A stretch of 64,000 nucleotides of DNA from contig NEEC01000014.1 in assembly GCA_002189035.1 (NCBI GenBank), positions 1,364,001 through 1,428,000 of the forward strand, written 5' to 3'. The stretch comes from Utricularia gibba (taxonomy: Eukaryota; Plantae; Magnoliophyta). Below the pieces are notes generated by a model. That model was not told where the DNA came from. It saw only the letters and a program-made list of their open reading frames with translations, and made no database searches. Position 1 is the first letter of the stretch, and the number at the start of each line of letters is the position of its first letter. A program made the translations under genes and the position numbers. This document shows, one piece after another, positions 1 through 12,009 of the stretch.

Positions 1-129
1 CTGTAAAGCACAGAGGGACATAACTTAATATGCTTACCAACAAAAGCCATTTAGCCACGACTAACTGGGATGAGTAAGTAAATGTACAAATGAAGATACT
101 TGATGGTAGATAAAAGCAAAAGAGGATAC

Positions 130-304
130 CAGGCGTAGAGGCATGGCTTCTTTCCACGCCTTTTCAGGATAATTTCATGGTAGGAGATCGCCTGATTCTG
201 CGGAGCATCCATTTCTGGAAAGCTGAAGGCTGAGGGAAACTTTGTGGCATGTCTCATGCATTTAATGAAACTGGAAACCTTTTTCCAAGTAGCTTCATCA
301 ACAT
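130..304 (-). other. Possible coding exon of an unidentified gene running off the left edge
   Basis: Minus strand: acceptor-like caacag| at 305, an open 175-nt stretch (DVDEATWKKVSSFIKCMRHATKFPSAFSFPEMDAPQNQAISYHEIILKRRGKKPCLYAW), donor TG|gtatcc at 129, and a pyrimidine-rich tract ending ttacag at position 1. Protein not recognised. Confidence 0.3.
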
Positions 305-777
305 CTGTTGAAATCTTGAGTTATCTATCCCTAGCACCTACCTCAAGCCACTTTAGTTGAAAGTAACATATGATTGCCTTAACAGATCTTCAGTGGACAC
401 TCTCACAGAACATTAAACTCAGTAGCAAATTAATCTACTAGATATGAACTGGGGTTCCCAACAGAAGTTCCATTCTTTGTTTAATGATTACTAAGGAAAC
501 AGATGCTTTATGATTGCAAAAGGGTTTAATCAAACACCAACGCTATGGTGCTAAGCAAAGTGAAACAGAGGCATGATAGGCATACAATGAAACATCAAGG
601 TTACATTTCCATGGCAACGGGAAAGGGAGGCTTACAGGCCTAGTCACAATGAAGGCCAATAAAAGGAATTCAACTCAATCACAAGGCAAGCAATGAGAAA
701 ATCAAGGGAAATATTTCACTAGCACAACGAAATCACACTGAAACAGGTTAATATTACTATATGGGGGTGATCCGAAA

Positions 778-1527
778 TCATTCAGCCTTCTTCAAAGCAA
801 ACTTGGTGTACTCCTCGGCCTCATTCACCCAAAGATCACCGAAGTCAACATCCTTCCACTGCTCGAACCACGGTCCTCCTAGAGTGTAATGTATTGCCTT
901 GGGATACGTGGTATCATCTCCCTCAACAACCTTGTTATGCCCAACAAGGAAGTTCCACACAAATGGAATGGATCCAATCTCATCATCATTCAACCACTGG
1001 AACCTATGCAGAAATGCTCCTGTCTCAGTATTCACCACTTGAGGGGTAAGAATCTTGTTTTTTGGGTGCCCACAATTGTACAAAACCATTGAAGACCAGT
1101 TCTTTCTAGGATACACTGTCTGCACTGCACCATCCATTTTAGTGGTCTCCTTGGGTGCGTACTCATGGTGCACGCACATAGCAGCATACTTATCATCAAT
1201 CAGATCAACTAGTTTCTTGATATCGTCGACATACAAGAAATCGCAATCCACAAACATAGCCCATCCCTCGTAACCCGCAAGATGTGGAGTCAAAAATCTA
1301 GTGAAGGAGAACTCAGTGCTCTCCGTTTTCCCTCTCTCGCGCCAATACAGGCCCCTTTCCCGCAACTCAGATTGCACAATTGGGTAAATCTCAAGTGGGA
1401 TTGAAGATCTCTTAAGCATAGAATACCGACAAACCTCAAAAGCAGTATCTTCCCGCGGATCATACCCTATGAAAACCTTGAACGGCTTCACATGTCCATT
1501 CCCGTTCTCTATTCCTCCGACCGACAT
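778..1527 (-). CDS. CDI: Protein CDI (GT8-like nucleotide-diphospho-sugar transferase; RG-II galactosylation, pollen tube growth); single coding exon
   Basis: 249-aa ORF with FKVFIGYDPRE, STEFSFTRFLTP, DxD motif (FVDCDFLY), YPRKNWSSMVLYNCGHP and IHYTLGGPWF. 5'UTR intron acceptor ttttgtag lies just upstream of the ATG. Confidence 0.92.
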   Translation of the reverse strand: MSVGGIENGNGHVKPFKVFIGYDPREDTAFEVCRYSMLKRSSIPLEIYPIVQSELRERGLYWRERGKTESTEFSFTRFLTPHLAGYEGWAMFVDCDFLYVDDIKKLVDLIDDKYAAMCVHHEYAPKETTKMDGAVQTVYPRKNWSSMVLYNCGHPKNKILTPQVVNTETGAFLHRFQWLNDDEIGSIPFVWNFLVGHNKVVEGDDTTYPKAIHYTLGGPWFEQWKDVDFGDLWVNEAEEYTKFALKKAE

Positions 1528-2060
1528 TATGGGCAGACAATGTGACGCCGGCTACAAAATGTAAACAACCCAGAGATTAAAAATCAGTTGGGTATGAAAG
1601 AAAACGACTGCGCACCCCTCGTAAATGCGACGCTTGTAAAGGTGGCCATGGATGTAACTGCATTGCACTGTGCACCTCAACTTCAGATCTGAGATCTGGG
1701 ATCCAACCCCACGGCACCGACACTATCAGACTGTGTGGCACCCATTTACTGCAACCACCTTTCTTCCATAGCAAGTTATCCATCATTCACTTCATTATAA
1801 TGATGATTGTTTGAATGGAAAGATTATTATTAACATCAGTTGTATGATAAATTCTGGACAGAACGGGCGTAGGGTCGACCGCCGGAGCATCACATGAAGG
1901 GGAAAAACGAACGTAGAGCACAGCTGGAGTGAGAATCAATGTGAATGATCCATAAGAAGCACACCAATGTGAGTCATTCAATGGGAACTCCGGTACAGCA
2001 AAAAGAGACACAGTAACCAAGTATAATGGGCGTGCAGTAAGCGGAGGAGAAGTGTGTGTT

Positions 2061-3780
2061 TCAAGTACCGATGCTGTTGTAAGCATGATCTATATCCTCT
2101 TCAGTCATCTTTACTGTTGTATCACTCTCGTAAGAAGTCTCTTTCTGGGCCGTGCTCTCTTTCGTTTTCTCTGCTGTGGCTCGAGCCTGGCTTCCAGGTC
2201 TTCTCTTGCTCGCAATTTCATCACGTTGCACTAGAAATTCAAGCTCGTATACTGCTTTACAGGCCATTGCTTCTTCACGTAGAGTTTTCCTGCTGGTTGA
2301 GCTGGTGCCTTCAATGTTTTTGTCTAGACGAGCCAGCTCCTCCACCACTCGAGGAACGCAGGCCCATTGTTCGGTTACTTGTTCCATGCCCTGAACAAAA
2401 AAGAAAATGCAAGTCAGGTGAACTGCCATGGAGGAGGAAACCTGGGATTTGGTTGTAAAGATGTGTTCTTTGCAATAATAACATGAAGAACAGAAAGCAA
2501 AAAAAGCATACCTGCCCTGTCCCTAATGCATCTATGGCATCTTGTATGCATGTCAAGATTCCTTCCCGTGCAACTCTCTGTATCTCACTTGGCTCTGGCT
2601 GAAGAAACGGAGACGAAAACTGGTTGGATAAAGAATTGCAGCAAAGCATTCATGCGCAGCATGCCCTGTTAAGCTGACTACGCCATTACATTTACATGAG
2701 CAACATATTCAATCTTCCAAGGCATAGCATGGAATCAAACAGGCGCTACTACAAAAAATCTTTCCATTCAGTAAACTGAAGGCTCCCTTGGTGTAACTCG
2801 ACTCTAACAAAAAAATTATAAGTTACCTTCTCTTCTTGACTTTCCAGCCAGGATATGGTTCTTACGAGATCCTCACCAGCCCATCTTTTGGCTTTTGAAG
2901 GATTAATAGCACTGAAAATGCCCTTATCCTGATAGGATTCATAGCGTACGGTCAAACCATCAACTTTATTTGGTTTCAACCATGGGGAAAAGAAAGAGGG
3001 GGCAAGAAGAACCTTTATGGAGGGTGATCCTTTCTCTCCTTTCAAATGTTTAGTAGCTCTCGACGGCTTCGTATCTGACCATAAACACAGTTTGCAACTG
3101 TAACAATTTTTAAACTTCAAAAGAAATAGCATGAAGAAGAACGTAGAGGAACTTTTCACTGCAATTAGTATTCACTTTGAGCATCGGATCCACGAGAAAG
3201 TGATTGCCTCCTCCACGGTTTACCAGGATGCAGTAGGTATGGCTCAATGTCAACAAGCTTTTTTTGGGTGTAACACTCTAGTATCCACTCCTAAAGCAAA
3301 ACAAATCAGTAGAAGGCTGTGAATTGAAGAGTGGGGTTGTCTTAGCAAAACATCACTAGCTCACACAGGAAAGAAAAGTGAACCTTGGACACAATGGTGC
3401 CACCTTCACCTTCAACTTGCCTGAACTTGGGAGTGCTCCAAACGCGCATACTAAAAGAGTGCACTTTGCATTCCAATCAGGCTGATATTCAGACCCCATT
3501 TCCAACATCTTGGATCTCAAATCACCGCGCTCAGGATTCACAAATCCAGACAGCACAAACACTACCCCTTCCTGCATGCAAACAGATGCGTGATTCATCC
3601 TCAACATCAACAAAAAATTAAAAACCTGCAATAGAAAAGTGTTACCATGAGCCTTGAGAAACCTGCATTACTCAACCCAGAATCGGATGTTTCGCGGTCC
3701 TTTTTGGAATTTTCCGTGTCATCTTCTCGACAATTCATCCAAGAAGGCAGGTTCCTTTTCTTTGCGCTTGACCCTGACAT
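2061..3780 (-). CDS. XRCC1: DNA-repair scaffold protein XRCC1 (BRCT domain); multi-exon; one apparent 1-nt deletion near 3438
   Basis: ATG at 3780 (MSGSSAKKRNLPSWM); BRCT EGVVFVLSGFVNPER...YQPDWN...TPKFRQVE; exon EWILECYTQKKLVDIEPYLLHPGKPW; RTISWLESQEEK|PEPSEI..EGILTCIQDAIDAL; C-terminus SDTTVKMTEEDIDHAY. The frame breaks at CAF/G and is restored by one extra base. Confidence 0.9.
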
Positions 3781-4281
3781 AATCAACGAGCAAATTCTTC
3801 CCCACTTCAACTAAACCCACAACCAACCAAAAACCCTCCGCTTAAACACAATAACCCTTGAGATTAAAAACGAATTCGTATCGGCAGTGTGAATAATTTC
3901 AAGCCCACTTTAACCGGAAAAAGCGACAAGGAAAGTGGGGGCTTTCGTATGTATCCGTGATCGTCGAAGGACATGTCTAACGCAAACCTAACACGACACT
4001 ATACTCATGAAATCTGTCCGCTGTTATTAACATGACGATTTTCAGTGGAGTACCTCAAAGTTTGTATCTTTTGACTCAAATCAAAGGAATTTCTCAATTT
4101 CAGATGACTTGAACAACGCGGGTATGCATTGATGATGATGGTGGTGACACAGGGGTGATTTTGGAGGGGGAGAATCAAAATGAATTGATAAGAAAACGAA
4201 GGTGCATCAAGAAGATGGAACTGATATGTTTATTGTTCCCATGGTGGTCAAATAGTGACCAAACAATGACCTGCAAAAATG

Positions 4282-6627
4282 CTACTTTATTCTCATGGAC
4301 TTGTACAGAACCTCACCAAATTTCTGGTACATGTGTTTCTTCAGGTACATCTTCTTCACCTTTTCTCTGCCCCTTCTCCCCATTTCTTCCCCCACTGATG
4401 GATTCTCAAGCAGGTATTCAAGGTTTTCTGCAAGAATAGGAGCCCCCGCCCGCCCCACGGGGTGTAGGAGCCCCGTTACATTATGCTCAACTATTTCCAT
4501 TGTTCCCCAGCATTGGTTCCAAGTACCTGCGCCAATGACAATCAAACGAAGACGAAAGAAACAAATGAATCACGAAGAGCCAGGAATGCCTTGGAATGAT
4601 AGGGGGTGGGAATCATGGTTCAAGGTGTCATACAGGAAGTCCAAAAGCCATGGCTTCAATTGTAACTCGTCCAAAAGTTTCGCCAACACCCTGCACGGCA
4701 CAAAACTGCATCAGTACAGAAGATTCTGATGCGAAAAAAAAAAGACGCATCAAATGTAGTCCTTTTACCTGAGAGTTCATCACATAGACATCTGCAGCAG
4801 CATAGAGTGCAGCGACACGAGTAGTTGCTGGAGTCCACAGCACAGAACTTGACAGGTTTGAGTGATCAGACAAGTATGTGAGGAGCCGTTTCACATAATC
4901 TGCTTTGTTACTTTTTAATCCCACTGACCCAATGAGAATCTTCAGATTCTTTTGCTTATGTCTCCTGCTTTCCGGTAACAGTTTTGTAGAGCTTGCATCT
5001 GCTTTAGATTTCTCATTGTGTGATCCTGAATCTTTCTTTGGCGCAGGTTTAGAATGTTTTCTCTTCCTGGACAACGATGGACTTTTGGGAGAAGAACGAT
5101 CTTGAAGAAGGGCTCTTGAAAAGTAGTCATGTTCCAGCAATGATGCTTCATTGCTGTCAGAATAGTTTGTCTTCAGTGCTTCTAGCCCTTGATCAGCAAG
5201 CAAGCTGGCTGATTCTAGAAGCATAAACTGACCCTTTCCGGGAGTTATACTGCTCAAGGTGATGGCAAGCGTATCATTGTCATTGAGACCCATTCCTTGT
5301 CTCACAGCACTTCTCAGCGCTTGCCGCTTCTCCTGCATCTTCTCGACTGAAAATGATGGGGTATTCAACGAGCACTGGATTCCTGCTACGAAGGCTAATT
5401 CATCATTGACTGAAAGGGGTATGAGTGAAGGCTCAGAGTTCAGCTGGATCTTTTCTTCCTCACACCATTCCAGCCATTGCTTGGATTGTGACTCCGAGAG
5501 AAAAACCAACCTCTTTACTTTGTTAAGGAGGGGCTTTGATCGGTCAAAATACTCTCTTCTGTTTTCCATGATCCACCATATGATCTGCGTAGAACCAAGG
5601 ACAGTACGATCGAGGTATTGTTCTGAAACAAACAACAGAAAACCGTGTTGAAGATATCTTGAAGCCAACAAGTTGGTAAAAAAATGGATTATGTCTTACC
5701 AATCCATGATGAGCAGACGGCAGAACCTGCGATGATGAGATCAGCTTTCATTGCACTCCTGAAGCTTGAATTATTCTTGTCGCTAATGACTCTGATCTTT
5801 CTTCTCACAAGCTCAGACATCAAGCCTCCCTTACGGTTTAGAACTACAACCGAGACAGTAGCTCCACAGCTCAGAAACTCTGTAGCCAGTTCCATCATAG
5901 CAAGCGGAGCTCCAGTCATGGAGAGCTCGTGGAAGATAAGCACTATCTTTCTTGACCACACAAGACGAGCAAAAGCACCTTTCCGATCACAGGTGCCTGA
6001 ACGAGTCTCTGGACTCCACTCCAAAATCGTATCTTCCACAGACCCAAACGGACCTACAAGGAATTTGTATGTTGCATTGGTTTTAGGAATCTCCTCTTCC
6101 GGTATCTCTATCTCAACCGGAATCTCTTCTACTTGTGTTGTCTCCTTGACCTTACTCCGGCTCCTCCTACGAGACCCAGGCTTAACTGTTCTCTTCATTG
6201 GAGGTTTCTTCTTAGGCTTCGGAGGAACAACATCCATGTTCCTCGAGCTCCCATGAACCTTAACAACTGGTGGAGTACCGACATTAGCCATCAAATCTCT
6301 CCTGCTTTTCTTATCCTGTTCAAGATTCTTCTCACCTCCATAACCACCGCTGAAAAGGTCTTCCTTGTTATCTCCATGAGCCCATCTTGACTGAAAGTAA
6401 AATCCAGCATACGCCCACATTGTGATCAGAAGCAACCAAAGTACAACTCTGTTATTTCTAAAGCAGTACAAAATTGAAGCCCTGGGTTCATATCTTGAAG
6501 GTCGACCGGTGGTCGCTCGTCTCAACTGAGCAGCACCCCTAGGAGACAATTTTCGTGGCGATTGCGACGCTATTGGAACACTTCCAGGTCGCAATGGTGA
6601 AAGCCTGACTCCATTTCCTTCTTCCAT
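4282..6627 (-). CDS. Glycosyltransferase family 4 (Glycos_transf_1) type-II membrane protein; 4 coding exons; apparent 1-nt deletion at 4505-4508
   Basis: N-terminal TM (VVLWLLLITMWAYAGFYF); IFHELSMTGAPLAMMELA; GETFGRVTIEAMAFGLPV|VLGTNAGG. GT-AG introns 5623-5699, 4691-4768 and 4527-4633 (approximate last acceptor). Confidence 0.88.
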
Positions 6628-7226
6628 AGCACCAACTTGCTATCGAAATTTCAGTAGCATTTGAGAGAAAGGGGTCGACTTTGGCAGCAACACCCAGACA
6701 TTTTAAGAACCCAGAAGCTCCCCAAGCTTTATACCCGAATGCGATGAAGAAACAGCTGGAGCGAATCTCCTTTCCAGTCCGAGCTTCAGATCTAGACACC
6801 AGAAAAGCACAGCGCGCGCATTTACAACCTCCATCAGTCAAGGAAAACCAAGAACCGAAAGAAAAGCAAGAGACCAGTAACCGACAAAGCGCAATCCAAG
6901 AAACGACAGCTACTCAACTCCACTCACTCACCAGGATTCAGAGAATGAAGCCCCCAAAGAACCAATCGAAGCTTCTACAAACACCAGCTCCTCAGCTCAA
7001 GAAGTTCAAGTCTGCTGAATCTCACGCTTCCGTCACTTCCGGCGACGATTTCCACGATCTGGATCCTTAAGTTATGCACCATAATATACAAAAATCATTC
7101 TTAAAAAAATTATACATATTTATAGAAATAAAACCGAATATGAGTTGGGATCCACTGTCACCAGCACCACTGTATGAGCATGGGCCTGCATCCCAATCAA
7201 TACTTTCACTCACCAACTCACGACGT

Positions 7227-7243
7227 GGGGGGGGGGGGGGGGG
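7227..7243 (+). repeat. G17 homopolymer followed by GGCCCAC (TCP/site II-like motif)
   Basis: Sequence gt-G17-cccac read directly; lies upstream of the GT4 gene. Confidence 0.85.
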
Positions 7244-8293
7244 CCCACTGCGTGTAGCGTTCTGTTTTCCACCCCAGACATCACACTTGAGAATTGACAT
7301 AAATGCCCACAAACCACGGGGGTAAAATCGTATATAATTAATTATTTCTAATACATATAGTTGGGTAAATGCATGCCATTTTTATTTCAAAAATTTATTA
7401 TTACTCTATCTGTTCTTCATAGCATTCAATACTATGATTATTTTATTTTATTTTATTTTTTATAAATGATAGAATGATTTTAAACAAATACCGTAAAAAA
7501 TGAAATTAAGTAAAATGATCACGTAAATCTTATATCAAACTTTTTTTAGTACAGTGAAAAGTCTTTGATAGTAACTTTCATGTTAGACATGCTTGGACTG
7601 AAGTAATTTGAGGATAAATAATCTTATGAAAAAGTAGGTAAAAACTGAAGAAACATAAAACGATTAGAATTTAAATAGACAATATTATATAAGTTTTGGA
7701 TTTTCAATATTATGCTAATTTTATTTTATTCTATCTTTGCACAATGTGACACTTTTTTAATATTTTTAATTTACGTATTCTAATTCAAGCGTTTCAAGAT
7801 GTAAAATACATTAGGTATTTAGAAACTAGATCTTATAATATATGATATAATTTATTAAATAATTATATTTAATAGATGAGCATGATGCTGATAATAATTT
7901 TTTTTATAGCATGAGACATTATCAAGGGAGAGAATAATAATTATTATAAATTATTTTTCATATTATTAAAAATGCATTGATTCCTATTTAGGGTGAGAAA
8001 TTATAGTATTATTGTACATTATGAAAAATACTTGACACAATTGTCAATTTTCATAATAAAAATACTATATTTTATCATTTATCCTATAATTTAGTTATCT
8101 GAATTTTAAAATAAGATATTATTGTGAACTTGTAATTAGATTCAATTAAATTTAAATTTACACTTTTTTATTTTGATTTTTATAAAAAAATTAAAAACTT
8201 TGAAATTATAAATATTATATTATACGATAAATTAAGCTATATTTAAATTTATTATAAAAATTTCACTTTAAACAACTATATTTTGCCAGCCTA

Positions 8294-8707
8294 TCAACTT
8301 CCATGGTCTTCTTCCACCGCGCATCGGCCGCTCTCGCAGACACCATTCACGCAAGCCTCCAAATAGACGGGATCTGCGAAGAAAAGACTCCACTTAGAGA
8401 TGCGTCTTCTCCTGGGCAGGCAAGAAAAGGAAGAGGGAATGAAGATACCGTGGAGCCGGCGTCGGCATTGGAGCGCGGCGCAAGTCCAGTCGCACCCGCC
8501 GCGCACGGCGCCAAGGTCGCGACCGGCCGGCGGGTTCTTGCAGTAGCTGACGCATGCCACCTGGCACCAGAGTTGAGTTGGGTTGGTGACGCACTGTCGA
8601 ACGCATCCCCAGTAACACGGCAAGAACGAACCCGGCGCAGGGTGGTCGCCGTGCACGCCCACGATCAAGCTCACGACCATCAAAACCTTCAAGATTGGCA
8701 GCTCCAT
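8294..8707 (-). CDS. Secreted cysteine-rich thionin-like peptide (12 Cys); 2 exons
   Basis: ATG at 8707; signal peptide MELPILKVLMVVSLIVGVHG; Cys pattern CX3CX3CX8CX3CX3C-linker-CX3CX4C-...-CX4CX4C; 75-nt GT-AG intron 8374-8448; stop at 8294-8296. Confidence 0.8.
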   Translation of the reverse strand: MELPILKVLMVVSLIVGVHGDHPAPGSFLPCYWGCVRQCVTNPTQLWCQVACVSYCKNPPAGRDLGAVRGGCDWTCAALQCRRRLHGIFIPSSFSCLPRRRRISKWSLFFADPVYLEACVNGVCESGRCAVEEDHGS

Positions 8708-9327
8708 CGCCACTGCAAAACGCGGGGAAGATTGAATGATGCTTGGTGGTATTCCGTGCATATATATAGGCAAAGAAGAGAGGAGCTGATGCTGGATTGA
8801 AAGAATTCCGACACCAATTCTTCCGTTGCCTTTTGTTGCTTTTGTAATAATGCAATCCCATTTCGAAAGAACAAGAAGGCGTTGACTGAAAGGAAGCTGG
8901 AATTCAAAATTAACATTATATTTAATTTTCAATATATTTTACAGTATTATATCTATGAAATTGTATTAATTAAAAATATTATTTTAATACTAAGCTTAAA
9001 AAATCAATTTTATCCTATTTCAAAATCCAAAGTTCATAATTTATTCAATTTTGTGTCAAATATAAAAGATAAAAAGTAGAAAATTAAATTTTATTTCTAA
9101 TATAGATTTCAGATAACAAAAATAGAAGAATGCACATTCAAATTAAGTTTAAATAACAAATATTTTATATAAAAAAACCACCAAACACCAAAAAACTTTG
9201 TAATATTGTTCATGCTGTAAGCCCGTGACTGAAATGAACAGTGGTGGTCACAAACTAGTGGAACCGAGACACGAGTACACGAAGTCCAAAAGAACAACAA
9301 ACACTGCAACTGTTACAGCTGTGGTTT

Positions 9328-10632
9328 TCATTCTACTGCTGTCTTGGGGGAGTTTTCAGGTGTTTTAGGGGCAACAGATACCTCGGATTTATACTTTGTG
9401 ACAGCAGCTTCGAAGTTCTGGACAATGGATGCGTTCTTGAACTTCAATGCATATGTGGAAAGGCCATCTTTGCCTTCATTGACACTGTTGACACATGCAA
9501 AAGTGATGCCTCTCTTGTCCATACTTGTCAGCTTCATGTCTGGGAAAAGGCTGGCATTCAGAATTAATCGGAGGTTTCCTTTGGTCCGCATGAGGAGTCG
9601 AGCTTTTGGTGTTGCTTCTGTGCTGAGGTTGAGTTTGAGCTCTCCTTTCCCTCGTTCTTTCCAGGATCCATCGAGGAATTCATATAGCGCAGAGTCAGCA
9701 GAGAAGATGGTTTCCTCATTCTCTTCTCCTGTTTCCACTGGAATCTCTTGCAGCGGAGTGACTTTGCTAGATTCACTCATAGATGCTGCATTTTGTACAG
9801 TCTCGAAAATGGAGGCATCTCCATTCTTGGAAGCGCCAAAACTGAAGGAAGCAGATGCCCCGTTACTAGGAATTGATCCAAATGAAAATGAAGTGGCAGA
9901 AAATCCTGTTCCTGAAAGTCCAGAGAAGGCATTCTGGCGGCTCGATAAATTCCCAAATGAACTCAAACTGGAATTTTCTTCACTCCTTTCCGCAGCTAAC
10001 CGATCCTGCTCACTTCCACCATCTTTCTTCACATCATCCTCATCTGCCTTGGTCTTATCCTCATTGAAATCCGCAACCTTTGATTTTCCAACTCCATCCT
10101 CAGGCTCCCCGTCTTCTGAGACCTGACTCACATTGTTCAAATTTTCTTGCTCATTCTGGCCGGCAGTTTCATCCTTCTGAGGGCTTAAACCAGCTTCCAC
10201 GCTATCCTCGGTTCCAGAGGGCTTAGCATTAGCATTGTTTTCTTTGATTTCAGTTTTCTCAGTAACTGCAACTGAAGCAGGTTTTGGAATCTCAGTGTGA
10301 GAGCTATCTCCAATTTCCTTATTTTCCCCATTGGCAATTTCTTCTGCTGTAACTACCTGAGGCGTAATTGAAGGAGCAGGAACCAAGCGAACTGCAGAGA
10401 AAGGATTGGAAGCATCAGAGGTGTTTGGTGCAGCTGGAAGTGATGATGTTGGTTGGCGACGGACTTTAACAATTCTTCGTGTGGCCAGAACCTCATCACT
10501 TGCTCTTTTGAATGTTCCAGAGACTTGTTCAGATGACTCATCATCATCATCAAGACCAGGGTTGTCACGACTCAGTTGCACCCCAGCAGCTCTCTTTTTT
10601 GAATGCTGGACTTCGTTTTCTGAATCCCCCAT
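9328..10632 (-). CDS. NUP50: Nuclear pore protein NUP50 (NUP50 N-terminal motif plus RanBP1 domain); single coding exon
   Basis: KKRAAGVQLSRDNPG..TFKRASDEVLATRRIVKVRR N-terminus; FSFG repeats; RanBD ETGEENEETIFSADSALYEFLDGSWKERGKGELKLN...RLILNASLF. Confidence 0.92.
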   Translation of the reverse strand: MGDSENEVQHSKKRAAGVQLSRDNPGLDDDDESSEQVSGTFKRASDEVLATRRIVKVRRQPTSSLPAAPNTSDASNPFSAVRLVPAPSITPQVVTAEEIANGENKEIGDSSHTEIPKPASVAVTEKTEIKENNANAKPSGTEDSVEAGLSPQKDETAGQNEQENLNNVSQVSEDGEPEDGVGKSKVADFNEDKTKADEDDVKKDGGSEQDRLAAERSEENSSLSSFGNLSSRQNAFSGLSGTGFSATSFSFGSIPSNGASASFSFGASKNGDASIFETVQNAASMSESSKVTPLQEIPVETGEENEETIFSADSALYEFLDGSWKERGKGELKLNLSTEATPKARLLMRTKGNLRLILNASLFPDMKLTSMDKRGITFACVNSVNEGKDGLSTYALKFKNASIVQNFEAAVTKYKSEVSVAPKTPENSPKTAVE

Positions 10633-11233
10633 TACAGACTGAGATATTAAAATAACTTAAATTTTTCCTTGACCCCGACCTCACAAAGGAATATCTGCAA
10701 GGATACTAAAAATGACTTTACAGAGCAAAACCCATCTTCCACATAAGTCTCGAAATCCAACCTATCCAAAAGAGTCAGTTGCTTTCTCAGAATAAAAAAA
10801 AAAAGGTCCTAATCATTAGAAATTGAACTAAACTCGACTAAGGAAGATACACCTACGAACACCAATATAACAGTCATTCACTTGTTTCATTCCTCGAAAA
10901 GGATGCATTTCAACCACAGATTGCGGTTATACTAGTGCCAGAGGACCACAATCCCACCGGGCAACCTCGAAGCATGCCCCGGAGAATTTAAAACGAATAT
11001 TTTCTACAAAATAAACCGAAGAAGTGGGGGTTCTCATAGCAAAACAAAAATACAAAACTACAGCTGCATATGCAATTCGACAAAAACTAAAAAAAAAAAA
11101 AAAACAAAACAAAACAATTTTGAGCCTCACAATTGTAAAATTGATGACAAAGAAGGACCTAGATAACGACGCCTAAAACTGAAATCCGTCATACTAATGG
11201 TTTACCTGGATAAATTAGCCCCTAGCTCCACTG

Positions 11234-11461
11234 AAACCCTAGACGCCGGAGGTCCGGCACGGAAGCAGAGAAGAGACGAGAGAAATTTACGCTTCGACGT
11301 TCGAAGTGAAGCCACTGCCACAGCGCCTGTTGTTTCGAATTATATACATTGTTTCCTAAAATAAACAAAACTATTGGGCTTGTTCTTGGGCCTGGTCCTG
11401 GGCCTCAACGACTAAAATATTACAAATAACCACATGGCAAGAAATGCATTAGATAGGCCCA
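11234..11461. promoter_or_regulatory. Divergent NUP50/trihelix promoter with telo-box and site II elements
   Basis: AAACCCTA 11234-11241; TGGGCT 11375; TGGGCC 11387 and 11399; GGCCCA 11456; located between two head-to-head genes. Confidence 0.6.
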
Positions 11462-12009
11462 AGAGAGTCGTGGTTCAGTGCATCGTCACAAGGACTCCGG
11501 ATTGTCTCAAGATTTCACGTGTAAAAGCTTTGGAATTCCGGTGAGGTTCCTTTCTTTAAACCTATAATTGCATGATTTCAAGCGGACGTTGTTTAAAAAC
11601 TTCTTTTATGGCGTAATTGCAGTTTCAAAGCATTCTTGAGCGTATTCAGGGTTCGATTTGTTTGGTTTTTTGTAATCTTTCTTGAATTTGGGACTTGGGA
11701 GCTGTAACAAGTAGATTTTGGATTGAGGAGTTGCAAACCTTTGGCTACATGGATTGTATTTCGTACCTTTTTTCTGAACATCAGTTGATTTGGTTTTTTG
11801 TCCTTAGCTTATATCTTAGAGAAAGCTTAGGTCTTAAAAAATTGTGTTAATTTACTTGAAATGTTTAAAGTTCCAGTCTTTGGTGGTGTGATGGAGTAAC
11901 CTTATGTGGATATCACCGTACGAATGCAGGAAGCGTCGGCTGGATTTGGGCGTGGAGATTTGCTTGAAAGTTAATTAAAGAATAGCCTTTCGTTTCCTGT
12001 GTTTTGAGC

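Noticed and set aside
6681-7070. 129-aa plus-strand ORF
   Set aside because: Non-ATG start, antisense to the GT4 5' leader and intron, low-complexity composition.
8708-8932. N-terminal extension of the thionin-like ORF in the ORF track
   Set aside because: Begins at a non-ATG codon in AT-rich DNA; the signal peptide starts at ATG 8707.
9344-10126. 260-aa plus-strand ORF
   Set aside because: Antisense shadow of NUP50; Ser-rich composition mirrors the sense codons. The same applies to antisense ORFs over GT4, IRKI, DUF1442 and RLCK.
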